Assembly (NCBI GenBank): GCA_951406725.2
Contig: OX597827.1
Location: 17,732,001 to 17,796,000, forward strand
Origin: Octopus vulgaris
Lineage: Eukaryota
DNA: 64,000 nucleotides
Direction of reading: 5' to 3'
The position numbers and the translations under genes are program-made. Within the stretch, counting starts at the first letter, position 1. Each line of letters begins with the position of its first letter. The notes below the pieces were generated by a model, which saw only the letters and a list, made by a program, of their open reading frames with translations, had not been told where the DNA came from and did not search any database. Shown here piece after piece: positions 28,500-43,083 of this stretch.

Positions 28500-28660
28500 C
28501 AACACTGGAAAATGTGACAAAGTGTCATCTGTCCACAACCTGAGGACTAAAGTAACACAAGTCGTTTCGATTTCGATTTTTCTGCGAAGGATTTGTGCAG
28601 TTCCAAGACAACTTCAATGTATAGCGTGAAGGAGCTGTAAAGAGATCATGAATCGTTCCT
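28500..28660 (-). mobile_element. Short 3' fragment of a third R4/Dong-like LINE
   Basis: Minus strand reads LGTAQILRRKIEI followed by a UTR running into (CTG)/(CTA)n. Confidence 0.55.
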
Positions 28661-28708
28661 AGCAGAAAAAGAAGAACTTAAAAGAGGTATATCACAAAAG
28701 TTGTGGTG

Positions 28709-28744
<36 letters not shown>

Positions 28745-28753
28745 GTTGTGGTG

Positions 28754-28812
<59 letters not shown>

Positions 28813-28885
28813 TGTGGTGGTGGTGGTGGTGGTAGTAGTAGTAGTAGTTGTGGTGGTGGTGGTGGTGGTAGTAGTAGTAGTAGTT

Positions 28886-28922
<37 letters not shown>

Positions 28923-28986
28923 AGGTTGTGGTAGTAGTAGTAGTAGTAGTAAAAAAATCCCTCATTGAAAAATATGGAATGATAGT

Positions 28987-29038
<52 letters not shown>

Positions 29039-29142
29039 AAGAAGTAGTGGTAGTGGTGGTGGTGGTGGTGGTAGTAGTAGTAATGGTGGTGGTGGTGGTG
29101 GTGGTAGTGGTTATGGTGATAGTAGTAGTGGTGGTGGTGGTG

Positions 29143-29174
<32 letters not shown>

Positions 29175-29813
29175 GGTAGTAGTAGCAGTGGTGGTGGTGG
29201 TGGTGGTGGTGGTGGTAGTAGTAGTTGTAGTAGTAGCTGTAGTAGTAGTAGTAAGGGTGGTGGATGGGGGGAGGAACGACTGTTATGAATGTATGTTCTA
29301 CCCTGATTTCAGCTTGCTAATGATAACGACGGATGACGCGGGGGAGTGGAAGTAATATGTCTTACCTAATGTGCAACGCAAAGATCTACTAGCAAAAAAA
29401 ATAAATAAATAAATAAAATTACCGACTACTAAAACAAGATAAAAGTAGCGCCACATTATTTATTGTATATGACAAAAGTTAGACTATATATCAATGTCGT
29501 GTTAATAAACTGACAGTGTAAATGGTGTCTAAGTAAATTATCACGCCAGAGGACACCGAAACAGCTGGGAAAATTACAGCTGTTTTAGATATTTAATTGG
29601 AGTCATCGTTAGAGCGGTCTAGTTATCCGTCCATTTTGGTTTGATTTTATATTCCATTTTTTGGCATGCGTGATTTGTATGATTAGAGTAATATACCTCT
29701 ACTCCTGTAAAAAAAAAAGGCATTAACCGTGACACTTATAAGTATAGGTATGGATAAGTTATTCCAAATGGCCCCTATCACTGTAGAGAAATGTTGGCAT
29801 GGTATATATTTCC

Positions 29814-30251
29814 GGATCTTTTCGGTTTGAACGGCAGTTTCTTTCTAGCGGTGTCATATGAAATTGTCACCCATAACTATGACCCTAGAATCGATCTATT
29901 GCATTTCAATCTCTTTTAGGGTTAGGGTTAGTTAGGGTTAGGATTAGGGTTAGGGGTGGGGGTAAGGGTATTTTTTTTCTTCACAAATGTAAATAAACCC
30001 AATCTGTTTCTTAAACGAGGGACATATTCATACGGCACAGAATGCTTTTTAACTCAATAGACGTCACATTGATTGAAATTGCAGAAATTGAAGAAAAAAA
30101 AACAACAAATATCTTACAAACTATATAATTTTCTCAATAAAGCCAAGAGAAAAAGATGTTTTATAAACACATTCTACCAGTATACGAAGTTTAAATTTTT
30201 TTAGTTACGTAGAAATTATGTTAAAAACTGCCGTTCAAACCGAAAATATCC
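29814..30251. mobile_element. MITE with GGATCTTTTC TIRs and internal degenerate TTAGGG repeats
   Basis: TIRs GGATCTTTTCGGTTTGAACGGCAG and CTGCCGTTCAAACCGAAAATATCC. Confidence 0.9.
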
Positions 30252-32440
30252 AAAAAGTATTAACTGTGACATATAAGTATAAATATAGATAAGCTACTCT
30301 AAATGGCCCTATCACTGTAGAGAAATGTTGGCATGGTATATATTTCCTGATGCAGTCGTTAATAATGAAGCCTTCACTGTTTAATAAGAGCCTGTTAGAA
30401 CTGACGACCATATTTATTATGTTGAAATATCATGGTTTTAAAAGGGATCGAACCCACAGAATTGTTACACCCTAACCGCTATGCTGCGCGCATTTATCGA
30501 ATTTTACTGTAGTTGTCTCAGAATATTCGTATAAGTTGTTGTTTTTGTTCTTGTCTCCAACAATCCCCAGGTTCAGCTCTGATTGAACAAGCTTATGAGC
30601 AAAGAAATTCCAGGTGAAATAACCATTCCGGTATATTTTGTTATTTTGTTTGGTTTTTGAAGTGGTGGCTTAGTGGTTAGGGTGTCAGCATCATGATCGT
30701 AAGATTGTGGTTTCGATTCCTGGACCGAGTGACGCGTTGTGTTCTTGAGCAAAACACTACATTTCACCTTGCTCTAGTCCACTCAGCTGGCAAAAATGAG
30801 TAACGCTGCGATGGACTGGGGAACACATACGCCATTGAAACCGGGCCCATGAGCCTGGCTAGGCGTTAAAAGGACACATTTATTTATTTATGTATTTTTG
30901 GGGTTTTGGAAGTAGGAAGGTATGTATATTTATTTCTTTATTGCCCACAGGGGGCTTACCAAAGAGGGAACAAACAAGGACAAACAAAGGGATTAAGTCG
31001 ATTACATCGATCCCAGTGAGTACTAGTACTTATTTAATCGACCCCGGAAGGATGAAAAGCAAAGTTGACCTCGGCGGAATTTGAACTCAAAACATAATAG
31101 CAGACGAAATACCGCTAAGCATTTCGCCCGACGTGCTAACGATTCTGTCAGCTCGCCGTCCTAGGAAGGTATGCATATTGTGTCTATGACTATCCTCCGC
31201 CCCCCAACGAATCCCTCCGGTTATAAAGGCTTTAGGATAACATTTCAGGGTGCTTTTACTGCTATTTCTAGGGAGGAACATGATCACCTTGTCTCACTTT
31301 ATATCTTTACCGATGAGTGGTATACTTTTATGAAATTTCACGAATATTTAATAATTGAATTAAATTTAATCAACCAACCAATCATAATTCCACACAAAAG
31401 CGTAGATATACGTTTAAACGAGTTAATGTTGATAGATTAACAACAGTAAATTAATGAGATTTGATCTTCAAATATATCAGTCAATAATCTTTTCTACTAT
31501 AGGCAAATTTGAGAGAGGAGTTAATCGATTATATAGACCCTAGTGCATAACTGGTACTAATTTCATCGACCCCGAAAGGATGAAAGGCAAAGTCGACCTC
31601 GGCGGAATTTGAACTCAAAACATAACAGCAGACGAAATATCAATCAATGATGAGAATAATTCAAGGCGGCGAGCTGGCAGAATCGTTAGCACGCAATTCT
31701 TAGTAGAATTTCGTAAGCTTTACGTTCTGAGTTCAAATTCCGCTGAGGTCGAATTTCCCTTTCTTCCTTCCGGGGTCGATAAATTAATTATCAGTTGCGT
31801 ATTAGGGTCGATCTAATCGACTGGCCCACTCCCACAAAATTTCGGGCCTGGTGCCTAGAGTAGAAAAAAATAATGAGAATAATTCTAACACAGTCTGTGG
31901 AAATTCACCGTTTATAAATGTTAGTTCAATTTTCATGGTACAAACTGCAATTGTGACTCGGATTTTTATTCCATAATAAAGGAAAGCTTTTCACTTGAAT
32001 TTATTTCATTATGCTTAAGATATCATTTGTGTCGTCAATTCTGAAAGCATTGTGTTTAAAATGTCGATTGTGTCTTCGGTTTTGTTCCATAGATTAGCTT
32101 GTTGAAATCATTACATCCGAGTTTGCTTCGTTATAGGTAAGATGTCGATTGTGTATTCGATTTTGTTTCATAGTTTACAGCGTGTTATTTTATTTTTTCA
32201 TCATAAATAATGCCCAAATATTATCCTGTCTTTTACTTTCATATGCCCCATCTTTGATTTCGATTTCGAAATCCTTATGTTTTGATAGTTTTTTTCCACC
32301 AGTTTTCAGGCAATATTTCGGTCAAAAGGGATTACGATATCTGTTAGTGTCCGTGAAATAACCCTGTCATTCAAATCAGAAAGTGAAGAGGCAGAAGACG
32401 CATTTTGTCCGGTGGTTAACGAATCTACCAGCTCACCGCT

Positions 32441-32510
<70 letters not shown>

Positions 32511-33328
32511 TGATGATGATGATGATAGATGTAGTACCAAGCAAGGCAGTGGCTCACATGACTTTTGATTTTAACTGATTGGAAGTGTTATCTTGTACAT
32601 TGCTTTGTCTTAGTATAAAAGATGGGCTACAGCAAATATTCTGCTCAATACCACAGACCTGCTTGTCAATTGTTTGACCATAACCAGTTTAGCAAGTCCC
32701 TTAGTGGCTGACGATATGTGCATCTCTGATCACGAGCAGAAGTACTGGGGGAGGATCATAGCAAAGTGTTGAGAGGAATTTCTTTGAGGTTTGAGTAATT
32801 CATCTTTGGAAACATGGGTAGTTCATTCATCATCCTTAAGCAACCCTTTTTCAGAGACACTTTGAGCGGGATGGGCTACTCTACCTGAATAAAATTCTAA
32901 CTGGGCCCCACCTGCAAAGTCATGAACTGTTAAGCTTGGTATGAGATCACCATGTCGCGCACATATGGTTGTGATGCATGTGCCTGGTGTACCCTTATCA
33001 GACGGGTATTCATGATGGATACATTGGACTTCGCATATATGTATCTTAGTGTCACTTTAATGCATGCACTGCTCTTTCACTCATTGGTAATAAATGCAGG
33101 CATGAGACCATCCCCTTTTATACAAGGAGTGGTTACAATAGTGGTAATGATAATTTTCAATTTCCGATTTTGTATACTGTTAATGACTTCGGAAAATGAG
33201 CATAAAATATCGAAACATACATATTTGCCCATGTTTATCTGTTAGTCTAAGTAGGTATGCATCTGTGTGAACATATATATGTGTGTGTGTATGTGTGTGT
33301 GAGTGTGTGTATGTATGCATGTATAATT

Positions 33329-33400
<72 letters not shown>

Positions 33401-33452
33401 CATATATATATCTATATACATATGTTTATAGATATAATGGTATATACATATG

Positions 33453-33531
<79 letters not shown>

Positions 33532-34963
33532 ATTTCAGTCATTTGACTGCGGTCTAGGATGCTGGAGCACCGCCTTTGAGTGTCGAGCAAATCGACCCCA
33601 GGACTTATTCTTTGTAAGTCTAGTACTTATTCTATCGGTCTCTTTTGCCGAACCGCTAAGTTACGGTTAATAATGTATATATATATATATATATATACTT
33701 GCATATATATATACATATATGCATATGCATATGTATATATCTATGTATGTATATATATAGCATTTATTTACTGTAATTATGTGTCTTTATGTCTACAATG
33801 TGTATATTTATATCAGTGTTTAGAAATGTATATATGATATATAAGAACATGTAAATATTGTGTGCTTTTTGTGTCAGCGTGTGATTAGCTCTATTAAATC
33901 TCTTATTACAGTGAATGGTCTATTATACATAATGAATAAAAGCGACAAATCGATTTTCTCCACCACCATCAACATCATAATTCCCGTCGTCGCCATCATG
34001 GTCTCTTTTGTTATCATAGCGTTCATCATTACTCTGAGAAAACGTAAATACATTACGTTGTAGAAATACTATTAATTGTGAGACACGCACATACACATGT
34101 ACACTTGAATTTATTATCGAAAGCATAGGGCTTCGTAATACTAAGTCAACTGTGAGTGTCAATTCTGTATCTGTTTTCACACGCCTGTGTATATGTATAC
34201 AATAAAAAGAGAAAGAAAATGAAAATGCACTTGAAGTCTTTAAGAACATTTATTTACATTTACATGAATGCTTTCACTGTACCATAATTATCAAAAGTAG
34301 CATGAGATGGGGAGACCTGCAGGTTTGCCATATTTGTGTCCGTGATTTAATGTGGGCTTTCAAGAAATATAGGTCAGGTGACAATTCTTCATATTTGTTG
34401 TCAGCCTAAAATAGCGTATCGAAAGATATCGCGTGATTGTTACAATCAAGACTTTCAGTGAAGATAAAAGTCTATTCCAGATAACCAAAAGTGGGAAAAA
34501 GAAACAAAAGCAACAAAGTTTAATAACAGGCTTATTTTTAAAATATGAAGAAATATCACGCAGACCTTTGTGTTAAACACGTCTATAAGCTTAGAGATGA
34601 GATATATATCATACAACACTCCATCTCACACACTTTCGAAAGGAAATAACTCTAATTTTTCCCCTTTTACTACTTTTTGTTTTCTTTTTCTTTTCCGGAT
34701 TTTCAACCTTCCACCTTTTATATCTACTTCTTTCTCGCTTTTTCTAGACTTTTCTCTCTTCTTTTCAGTTATGCAACGTGGGCAGTGCCTGACGAATGCG
34801 CTGAGACACCAGACGTGTTAAAAAATACTGTCTGGCATGATTTTGTCGCATGAAACTAATAGGAGCACAAAAAAACATATATTGTGTTTATCAAATAATA
34901 TTTATCTCCCACCAGATGGAGTACGTTTTTGTTGATCTTACCATCAGGGAACAGAACAGTACA

Positions 34964-35046
<83 letters not shown>

Positions 35047-35594
35047 TGTGTCTGTGTGTGTATAAGAGAATGAGATGACAAAAAAATAAACGATTATCTT
35101 ATGAAATTCTTTAGCTCTCAGCTATTTCTCTTATAAGCAGCAGTGGACACATAGTTGAGTGCCTGAATAACACTATAGTTTCATCTGAATATGACATTCG
35201 ATACAAAGTTCGTAAGATAATCATTTATTCGTTTGTCACCTCATTTTCTTATTACCGCTCAGTCTTCGTCTAACACTTCGATCTAAAGATGCGTATATTG
35301 AGTTCTACCCAAGGTTTTTAGTCTTGCAATGCCTAAGCTATATATATATATATATATAGCTTTCTTCCAAGGAATTAAATGCTCTTAGCTTAGTTTTTCC
35401 TTGGGGCTGGCCAGATTGGAGCAATCTCAAGAATAATCAGCCGAAACTGCGAAGATTATTTGGTACTTGACTGAGGAAAGAAAACATCGAATGACCCGTC
35501 CTTGTTTTCTTTGTATCGCCTATCTGGATGTTTTGTTGTCCCATTTTTGTATCACCGAACTGTCCGGATGTTTTGCCTTCTTGTCCCATTTTGC

Positions 35595-35634
<40 letters not shown>

Positions 35635-36217
35635 GTGACCACGTGACCGACCAGGCTATCAGATGTTGCTACACATCGCTGGTCACAATGCACTTCGCAT
35701 TGTTTTAGCCTTCAAATGACGCCACCCCGCTGGCTAAGCGAGCAAGCCAACAGAAAAAAGAGTGAGAGAAAGTTGTGGCGAAAGAGTACAGCAGGAATAT
35801 ATATATATACTCTTTACTCTTTTTTACTCTTTTACTTGTTTCAGTCATTTGACTGCGGCCAAGCTGGAGCACCGCCTTTAGTCGAGCAAAACGACCCCCA
35901 GGACTTATTCTTTGTAAGCCTAGTACTTATTCTATCGGTCTCTTTTGCCGAACCGCTAAGTTACGGGGACGTAAACACACCAGCATCGGTTGTCAAGTGA
36001 TGTTGTGGGGGAGGGGACAAACACAGTCACAGAAACACACACACATATATATATATATACACATATACGACGGGCTTCTTTCAGTTTCCGTCTACCAAAT
36101 CCACTCACAAGGCTTTGGTCGGCCCGAGGCTATAGTAGAAGACACTTGCCCAAGGTGCCACGCAGTGGGACTGAACCCGGAACCATGTGGTTGGTAAGCA
36201 AGCTACTTACCACACAG

Positions 36218-36268
<51 letters not shown>

Positions 36269-36661
36269 ATCAAGGAAGTAAATTTCGAATGCAGTAATAG
36301 CTTGTGACAGCAACAGAGTAATTGGGTATTTTACGCTTATAAGAAATAATAAAGTGGCCAACAGGCGGCTACGGGAATCGAACCCGTACCTCTCAGACAT
36401 CGCTTGAGTGATCTAGCGTTAGCCTTAAAGAACCACTGACAACAATTATCGTCAATTTTAAAGCTAAATTATAGTTCTTTTCGACGTGCTTCTTTCAGTT
36501 TTCGTTTACACCAAATCTACTCAGAAATTCTTGGTCAGCCCAGGGCTATAGTAGAAAACACTCGCCCAAGGTGCCATGCAGTGAGACTGAACCCAGAACT
36601 ATGTGGCTGTGAGACAAACTTCTTACACACACACACACACGTCTATATTAATAATATTTGT

Positions 36662-36727
<66 letters not shown>

Positions 36728-36856
36728 GTGTGTGGGTGGGTGGGTGTGTGTGTAACATCTATAAAGGAACAAGCAAAACGAAAAACATAAAAGATAACAT
36801 AATAGGACGAGGAAACGCTAAGTTTTTATCTTTTTTTATTATTTTCATTTTAATTC

Positions 36857-36898
36857 TTATCTTGAAGAGTTCGTATAAACGAACGAAAGCGCTAATAA
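36857..36898 (+). ncRNA. Minimal hammerhead motif with one core deviation
   Basis: TTAT-CTTGAAGA-GTTCGT-ATAA-ACGAAC-GAAA-GCGC-TA-ATAA. Perfect 6-bp stem II and palindrome AGCGCT; (TA)n begins about 55 nt downstream. Confidence 0.7.
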
Positions 36899-36983
36899 TG
36901 TATAATATAATAAAGAATTATCCAAAGTTCTGACTGCTCCCATTTTTCTCGATATATATATATATATACAAATATATATATAC

Positions 36984-37020
<37 letters not shown>

Positions 37021-37132
37021 CATCAAGTACTGACCCTGAATTTCTATATATACATATATATACATATATACATGCATCTATATATACATATATATACATA
37101 TATATACATATATATACATATAAATAAACATA

Positions 37133-37164
<32 letters not shown>

Positions 37165-37190
37165 GCATATACATTCATATATATATACAT

Positions 37191-37255
<65 letters not shown>

Positions 37256-37276
37256 AACTTATTTATATATATATAC

Positions 37277-37307
<31 letters not shown>

Positions 37308-37609
37308 CATATGTATATATATATATATATATGCATATATATATACATATATATATGCATCTATATATACATATATATACATATAAATATAATATACATA
37401 TACATTCATATATATATATACATATACATATATATATATACATATACATACATATATATATACATATGCATATACATACACATATATATATATATGCAGA
37501 TACACACAGACATGTCAGAAGTGAATAGATACCCTTATATTGGTTAAAATTAATTTAAATTTGAAATTATACATTCCAATTATTTATTCATTATTATAAT
37601 GTGAATATC

Positions 37610-38160
37610 TAATATTTATTAAACATGTCCTTTACATTTTTCAATGCAAAGATCATTAAGTATTTCTACTGATCGGACGACGAATATTCTCTTGAGGAAT
37701 TCCTTGCAAAGTTCCATGCAGTAATCTCAAAAGATCTGGCTTTGAGTATGCCTTGTTATTCTTTTTATGAAGTGTTCTGTTCATTATGATCCAGAGGTGT
37801 CCTATAGGATTAATTCCAGATGCCTGGCTTGCAGATGGAAGATTTTTAATGACATTCTCTTACAACCAGCCTTGGATCTTTTTAGCCGTGTGACAATGAC
37901 TCACATCTTCTAAATAGTGTTCTTTAATCATTTCACCATTGGAGAAGATTGGAAGGAGTCTTTTCTACAATATGGACACGTATTTATCTCATCGACCATT
38001 GCTCCAAACTGCTCCCCAGACCATCATAGAATAGCCGCCGTGTTTCGTTGTTGGTTGCAATCTTCTCACGTCAAATTCTTGATCACTGAGTCTCCAGACC
38101 CATACTCGACCACTGTCAGAAAATACAGCAAATCTGGATCCATCAGAGAATATGAGAGTG
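37610..38160 (-). mobile_element. Tc1-family transposase remnant
   Basis: [39 protein letters not shown], then degenerate EDVSHCHTAKK and SASQASGINPIGHLW (compare QDNAPCH and WPSQSPDLNPIEHLW). Confidence 0.85.
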
Positions 38161-39031
38161 TATGTAACCAAATAGATATCTAGGAAGACCATAATTCAAA
38201 CAAGAACACAATACACAATTACACAAATAAAGGTGAAAGGTCTCAAGGAAGAGCTTGGACCCTTGAAATAGAGGAAAGCTTCGTAGAACATTTTATTGGT
38301 AATAAGATATTATATAATATGGAAGCACTCCGTCGGTTACGACGATGAGGGTTCCGGTTGATCCGAACCAACGGAACAGCCCGCTCGTGAAATTTACGTG
38401 TAAGTGGCTGAGCACTCCACAGACACGTATACACTTAACGTAGTTCTCGGGGATATTCACGTGACACAGACGGTGACAAGGCCGGCCCCTTGAAATACAG
38501 GTACAACAGAAAGAAACAGGAAGTAAGAGTGAGAGAAAGTTGTGGTGAAAGAGAACAGCAGGGATCACCACCATCCCCTGCCGGAGCCTTGTGGAGCTTT
38601 CAGATGTTTTCGCTCAATAAACACTCACAACGCCCGGTCTGGGAATCGAAACCGCGATCCTATGACCGCGAGTCCGCTGCCCTAACCACTGGGCCATTGC
38701 GCCTCCACTATTATATAATATGCATAATACATGTATACATATACACGTATACATACATGTATATATGTTTGTGTGTGTGAATGTGTGTATGTATCCTGTT
38801 TGGTTACATATTTCCGATAACGCACGAACTGGGTCACTCCATGCATCGGTCATCCAAAGATATGATAAACGACGCTTGTACAATGTGCCACGGAGCTGAT
38901 CAAACTCGAAATCGTGCTGTTGTGAAGCGAATATTTTTTAATGACGCAGACATATCAGCATCCCAGACTATAATATGTGTGTGTGCGTCTATGTGTGTGA
39001 GTGTTTTTGTACACACACACACACACACAAC

Positions 39032-39097
<66 letters not shown>

Positions 39098-39327
39098 GAC
39101 AGACAGACAGATAGATATTCTTTTATTCTTTTACTTGTTTCAGTCATTTGACTGCGGCCATGCTGGAGCACTGCCTTTCGTCGAGCAAATCGACCCCCAG
39201 GACTTATTCTTTGTAAGCCTAGTACTTATTCCATTGGTCTCTTTTGCCGAACCGCTAGGTTACGGGGACGTAAACACACCAGTATCGGTCGTCAAACGAT
39301 GTTGGGGGAACAAACACCGACGCACAA

Positions 39328-39364
<37 letters not shown>

Positions 39365-39609
39365 TATATATAGAGATATATATATATATACATATATACG
39401 ACGGGTTTCTTTGAGTTTCCGTCTACCAAATCCACTCACAAGGCATTGGTCGGCCCGGGGCTATAGTAGAAGACACTTGCCCAAGGTGCGACGCAGTGGG
39501 ACTGAACCCAGAGCCATATGGTTGGTAAGCGAGCTACTTACCACGTATATGTATATAAGATTGTACATATTTATTTATAATCATATACGCAAGTCTTATT
39601 TGCGTATAT

Positions 39610-39727
39610 GCAGCGAAAGAGACAAAATATAGGAAATTGTGTGTCTGTGTGTGTGTATTGTATGTGTGTGTGTGTGTGTGTGTGTGTATGCAACGAAAGA
39701 GACGAAATATAGGAAATTGTGTGTCTG

Positions 39728-39758
<31 letters not shown>

Positions 39759-39890
39759 ATGTGTGTGTGTGCAACGAAAGAGACAAAATATAGGAAATTG
39801 TGTGTCTCTGTGTGTGTGTGTGTTTGTGTATGTGTGTGTGTGTGTGTGTGTGTATGCAACGAAAGAGACAAAATATAGGAAATTGTGTGT

Positions 39891-39952
<62 letters not shown>

Positions 39953-40010
39953 GTATGTGTGTGTGTGTGTGTGCAACGAAAGAGACAAAATATAGGAAAT
40001 TGTGTGTCTC
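39610..40010. repeat. Minisatellite: 5 copies of a ~35-bp core separated by variable (GT)n
   Basis: GCAACGAAAGAGACAAAATATAGGAAATTGTGTGTCT at about 39610, 39689, 39771, 39856 and 39973. Confidence 0.93.
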
Positions 40011-40670
40011 TGTGTGTGTGTGTGTGTTTGTGTTTGTGTGTGTGTGTGTGTTTGTGTTTGTGTGTGTGTATGTATGTGTGTGTGTGTGTGTGTATATTTA
40101 GATGTACATAAGGTGTTATAGTAATGAATGCTCTATTATAGATAATGAATAGAGGCGACATATCATTGATTTTCAGGTTTTATATAATCTCATCAGTACG
40201 ATCATCATCATCACCGTCAGCATCATCGCCGTCGTCTTCATCATACACCAAATTTTTAAAATCACGTTATGTAAGTTACGTTAGATTCTAGAAGAACTAT
40301 TATATAACACAACACACACACACACACACAGATTTGTATGTGTGTGTGTGTGTGAGTACTCAAGTGTATGTGCGTCTGCGTTGGTACTTATATGTGTGTG
40401 TGTGTGTGTGTGAACAGATACACGCTCATAGATAAGGAGACACAGACAACCAGACTGGCAGACAGACAGACAGACACAAGGATATAAGATATATATATGT
40501 ATCGCCTCGTCTGAACAATAGCTTAGTTGGTAAGAAGTTTCCTGCGGGTGAAACAATGCTTCGTTGCATATCTGACGTTGATACAGATAACAGATTGTTT
40601 AACTCGGCGGAGCAAAATACTGCAGGGTACCTTCATTCGAAAATCACCGGTCTTTAGCTTCCTCGCCGAC

Positions 40671-40702
<32 letters not shown>

Positions 40703-40891
40703 CTTTTGCCGATTTTACACATGGATGAAAGACATAAATATGATAAATATGTTTTATGCAGTTGTATATAGATTACGGGCATGAGTACGTATGCACGCGC
40801 ACACATACATGTATATATATACACACACACATATATATTCATACAAATACACACACAAACACACACACATATATATATATATGCATCTAAG

Positions 40892-40936
<45 letters not shown>

Positions 40937-41096
40937 TTATATATATTTATATATATATACATATATATAACATAAATGAATATGCTTATATCTATTTAGA
41001 TAGATAGATAGAGAGATATATTTATATATTGATATACATTCATTTATAAATATAACATATATACGTATATATATTTGTCTATATAAATATGTGTGC

Positions 41097-41136
<40 letters not shown>

Positions 41137-41771
41137 TTATGTGTGTGTGAGTGTGTGCATATGTATGTGAGTGTGTATGTGTACGTATGTGTGTACGTAT
41201 ATATGTGTATATACGTATATGTATGTGTATGTATGTATGTGTTATGTATGTAAGCGCTTGTGTATATAACGCGTCGTTTGATTAGCTTTAATATCGTCTG
41301 CGGCATCTCAAAAGCTATTGAGATGAATCAAAACTTTGTTATCAATGACTGACTGATTACATATACACATTTTTAACGTTTGTTATATTCTCTTTTTATG
41401 ATATATTTGTTTATATCGGAAACTTATTTGGATATTAAATACGACCATATCTCCATTGAACGTATCACAGTCTGTGTGAAGTACGGAAGCGAAAATAGTA
41501 TCAGTTAAACGAAGAAATAATTGGAATACAATGGTACACGAGTTGTTACGCAACAAGAAATTCTATTATAGGCTGCGATGACTATAATTATTAGCAGTAA
41601 AAAAAAAACGCCGCAAAATACATTCAAATACTGACTGCAAAATTATTACAAAATATTTTGAATTATTGATCATATAAGGAGATATACAAGTTAGCAGAAA
41701 AAAATACAGTCAACTATTACTGACTAGAATGTCATACAAAATATTGTGAAATCCTGCCAGATGAGAAGATA

Positions 41772-42269
41772 TCTCTATATCTATAAACGGCAAAATGGCT
41801 GTGTATCTGTGTGTCTGTGTGTCTGTGTGTCCTTTATACAAATCCTGTTTTTCACGTAAAAGGCTCGCATTTTCTATGGGCTTTCAAAACTGTCTGAGGC
41901 TGGTCATGAGTTTTTTTTCATTTCACCAGTCACCCCAGAAAGCCATTTTAAAAATCGGTAAACCGACCCCTTATGCCCAAAAGTTATTTTGCGGCCAAAT
42001 TCGAGTTTCACTCGGTTTCTTCTGCCTCCTTTTTGTCCGACTAATGGCATGTGCACAGTTCCGCTAATTTCCCATGATTATGCCGTTCCAGGTGTAAAAA
42101 CCAAAGTCCAATGTATATCAATTACTCTCACAAAAAGCTCCAATTAGCTCACAAACAACAAAACTGGCTGGGCTGAAATGTGATAAGAAAGTTAGCTCTT
42201 GATTTAGTGGGAAATTTTTACTGCGACCCGGCAATGAGCAACAAGCACAACGCCGGGTCATAGTGCTAG
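41772..42269 (+). mobile_element. Short non-autonomous Helitron
   Basis: A|TCTCTATATCTATAAACGGCA 5' end; GACCCGGC..GCCGGGTC hairpin followed by CTAG. Confidence 0.8.
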
Positions 42270-42444
42270 AAAGGGTTATGAAAACAAAACAAAATACATT
42301 ATGTTACTAACCACATATATAATATAAAGTATTTTGAAGTACTGATCATATGAGGAGATATATTAGTTGTCGAACAAAATTCGTATAACTACCGACCAGA
42401 GAGTAGTACAAAGTACTTTGAAATACTGCCCACATGAGGACATA

Positions 42445-42660
42445 TACGATAGAGTACAGAAAAGTTCCTGGCTTTGAGGATATCTCAAATGGCCTGATTG
42501 GTAACCCAGCCTTCCGAGTTCTCTTACAGGGCTTAGGGAAACTGAAGGGCTGCTGCAATAAGTGTGTGAATCCAAGAGGGGCATATGTTAAATAAATTCA
42601 TAACTAACTGATCCTCCTGAATGTTCCCTCCAAAACCAGGAACTTTTCAGCAGCCCCTAG
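42445..42660 (+). mobile_element. Mariner-derived MITE
   Basis: TIRs ..GAAAAGTTCCTGG and CCAGGAACTTTTC..; internal GLGKLKGCCNKCVNPRGAYVK* resembles the mariner C-terminus. Confidence 0.75.
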
Positions 42661-42747
42661 CTAGAACAAAATAAACTATACAACTGACCACTTATGTAGT
42701 GTAAGATATTTTGAAATGCTGACTACTTAAATATATATGTGTGAGTA

Positions 42748-43083
42748 TTCTGTTGTGTCTGGGGAGAGTCATTTTCTTTTTGTGCCTTATTATTTAAAAC
42801 ACTCACCGGTAAAATTTCCACTTTTTTCTTATTTTTATTGTCCTAAAATTTTCGTTGTGTCTTGCAACCTTTTCAATAGTTTTTAGTCAAAACTATTGAA
42901 AAGGTTGCAACACGCAACGAAAATTTTAGGACAATAAAAAAAAAAGAAAGAAGTGGAAATTTTACTGGTGAGTGTGTTAAATAATAAGACACAAAAAGAA
43001 AATGACTCTTCCCAGACACAACAGAATATGCTTCAACACACGAACTCATATAAAGAATCTTGCAAACCAAATCCAAAAACGAA
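42748..43083 (+). mobile_element. Fold-back element (~280-bp palindrome) with a 13-bp TSD and a degenerate hammerhead-like motif
   Basis: Arms 42746-42883 and 42889-43028; TSD ATATGTGTGAGTA at 42735 and 43084; TTGAAAA-G-GTTGC-AACAC-GCAAC-GAAA-ATTTTA. Confidence 0.78.

Noticed and set aside
35168-35275. Minus-strand GAAAC-TATA-GT palindromic motif
   Set aside because: The triplet is GUG and no recognisable CUGANGA is present; too degenerate to call.
36355-36430. tRNA-like T-arm (TACGGGTTCGATTCCCGTA on the minus strand)
   Set aside because: No complete cloverleaf; most likely a decayed SINE head.
39610-40010. CRISPR-like appearance (constant ~35-bp repeat with variable spacers)
   Set aside because: The spacers are (GT)n, the context is eukaryotic, and there are no cas genes.
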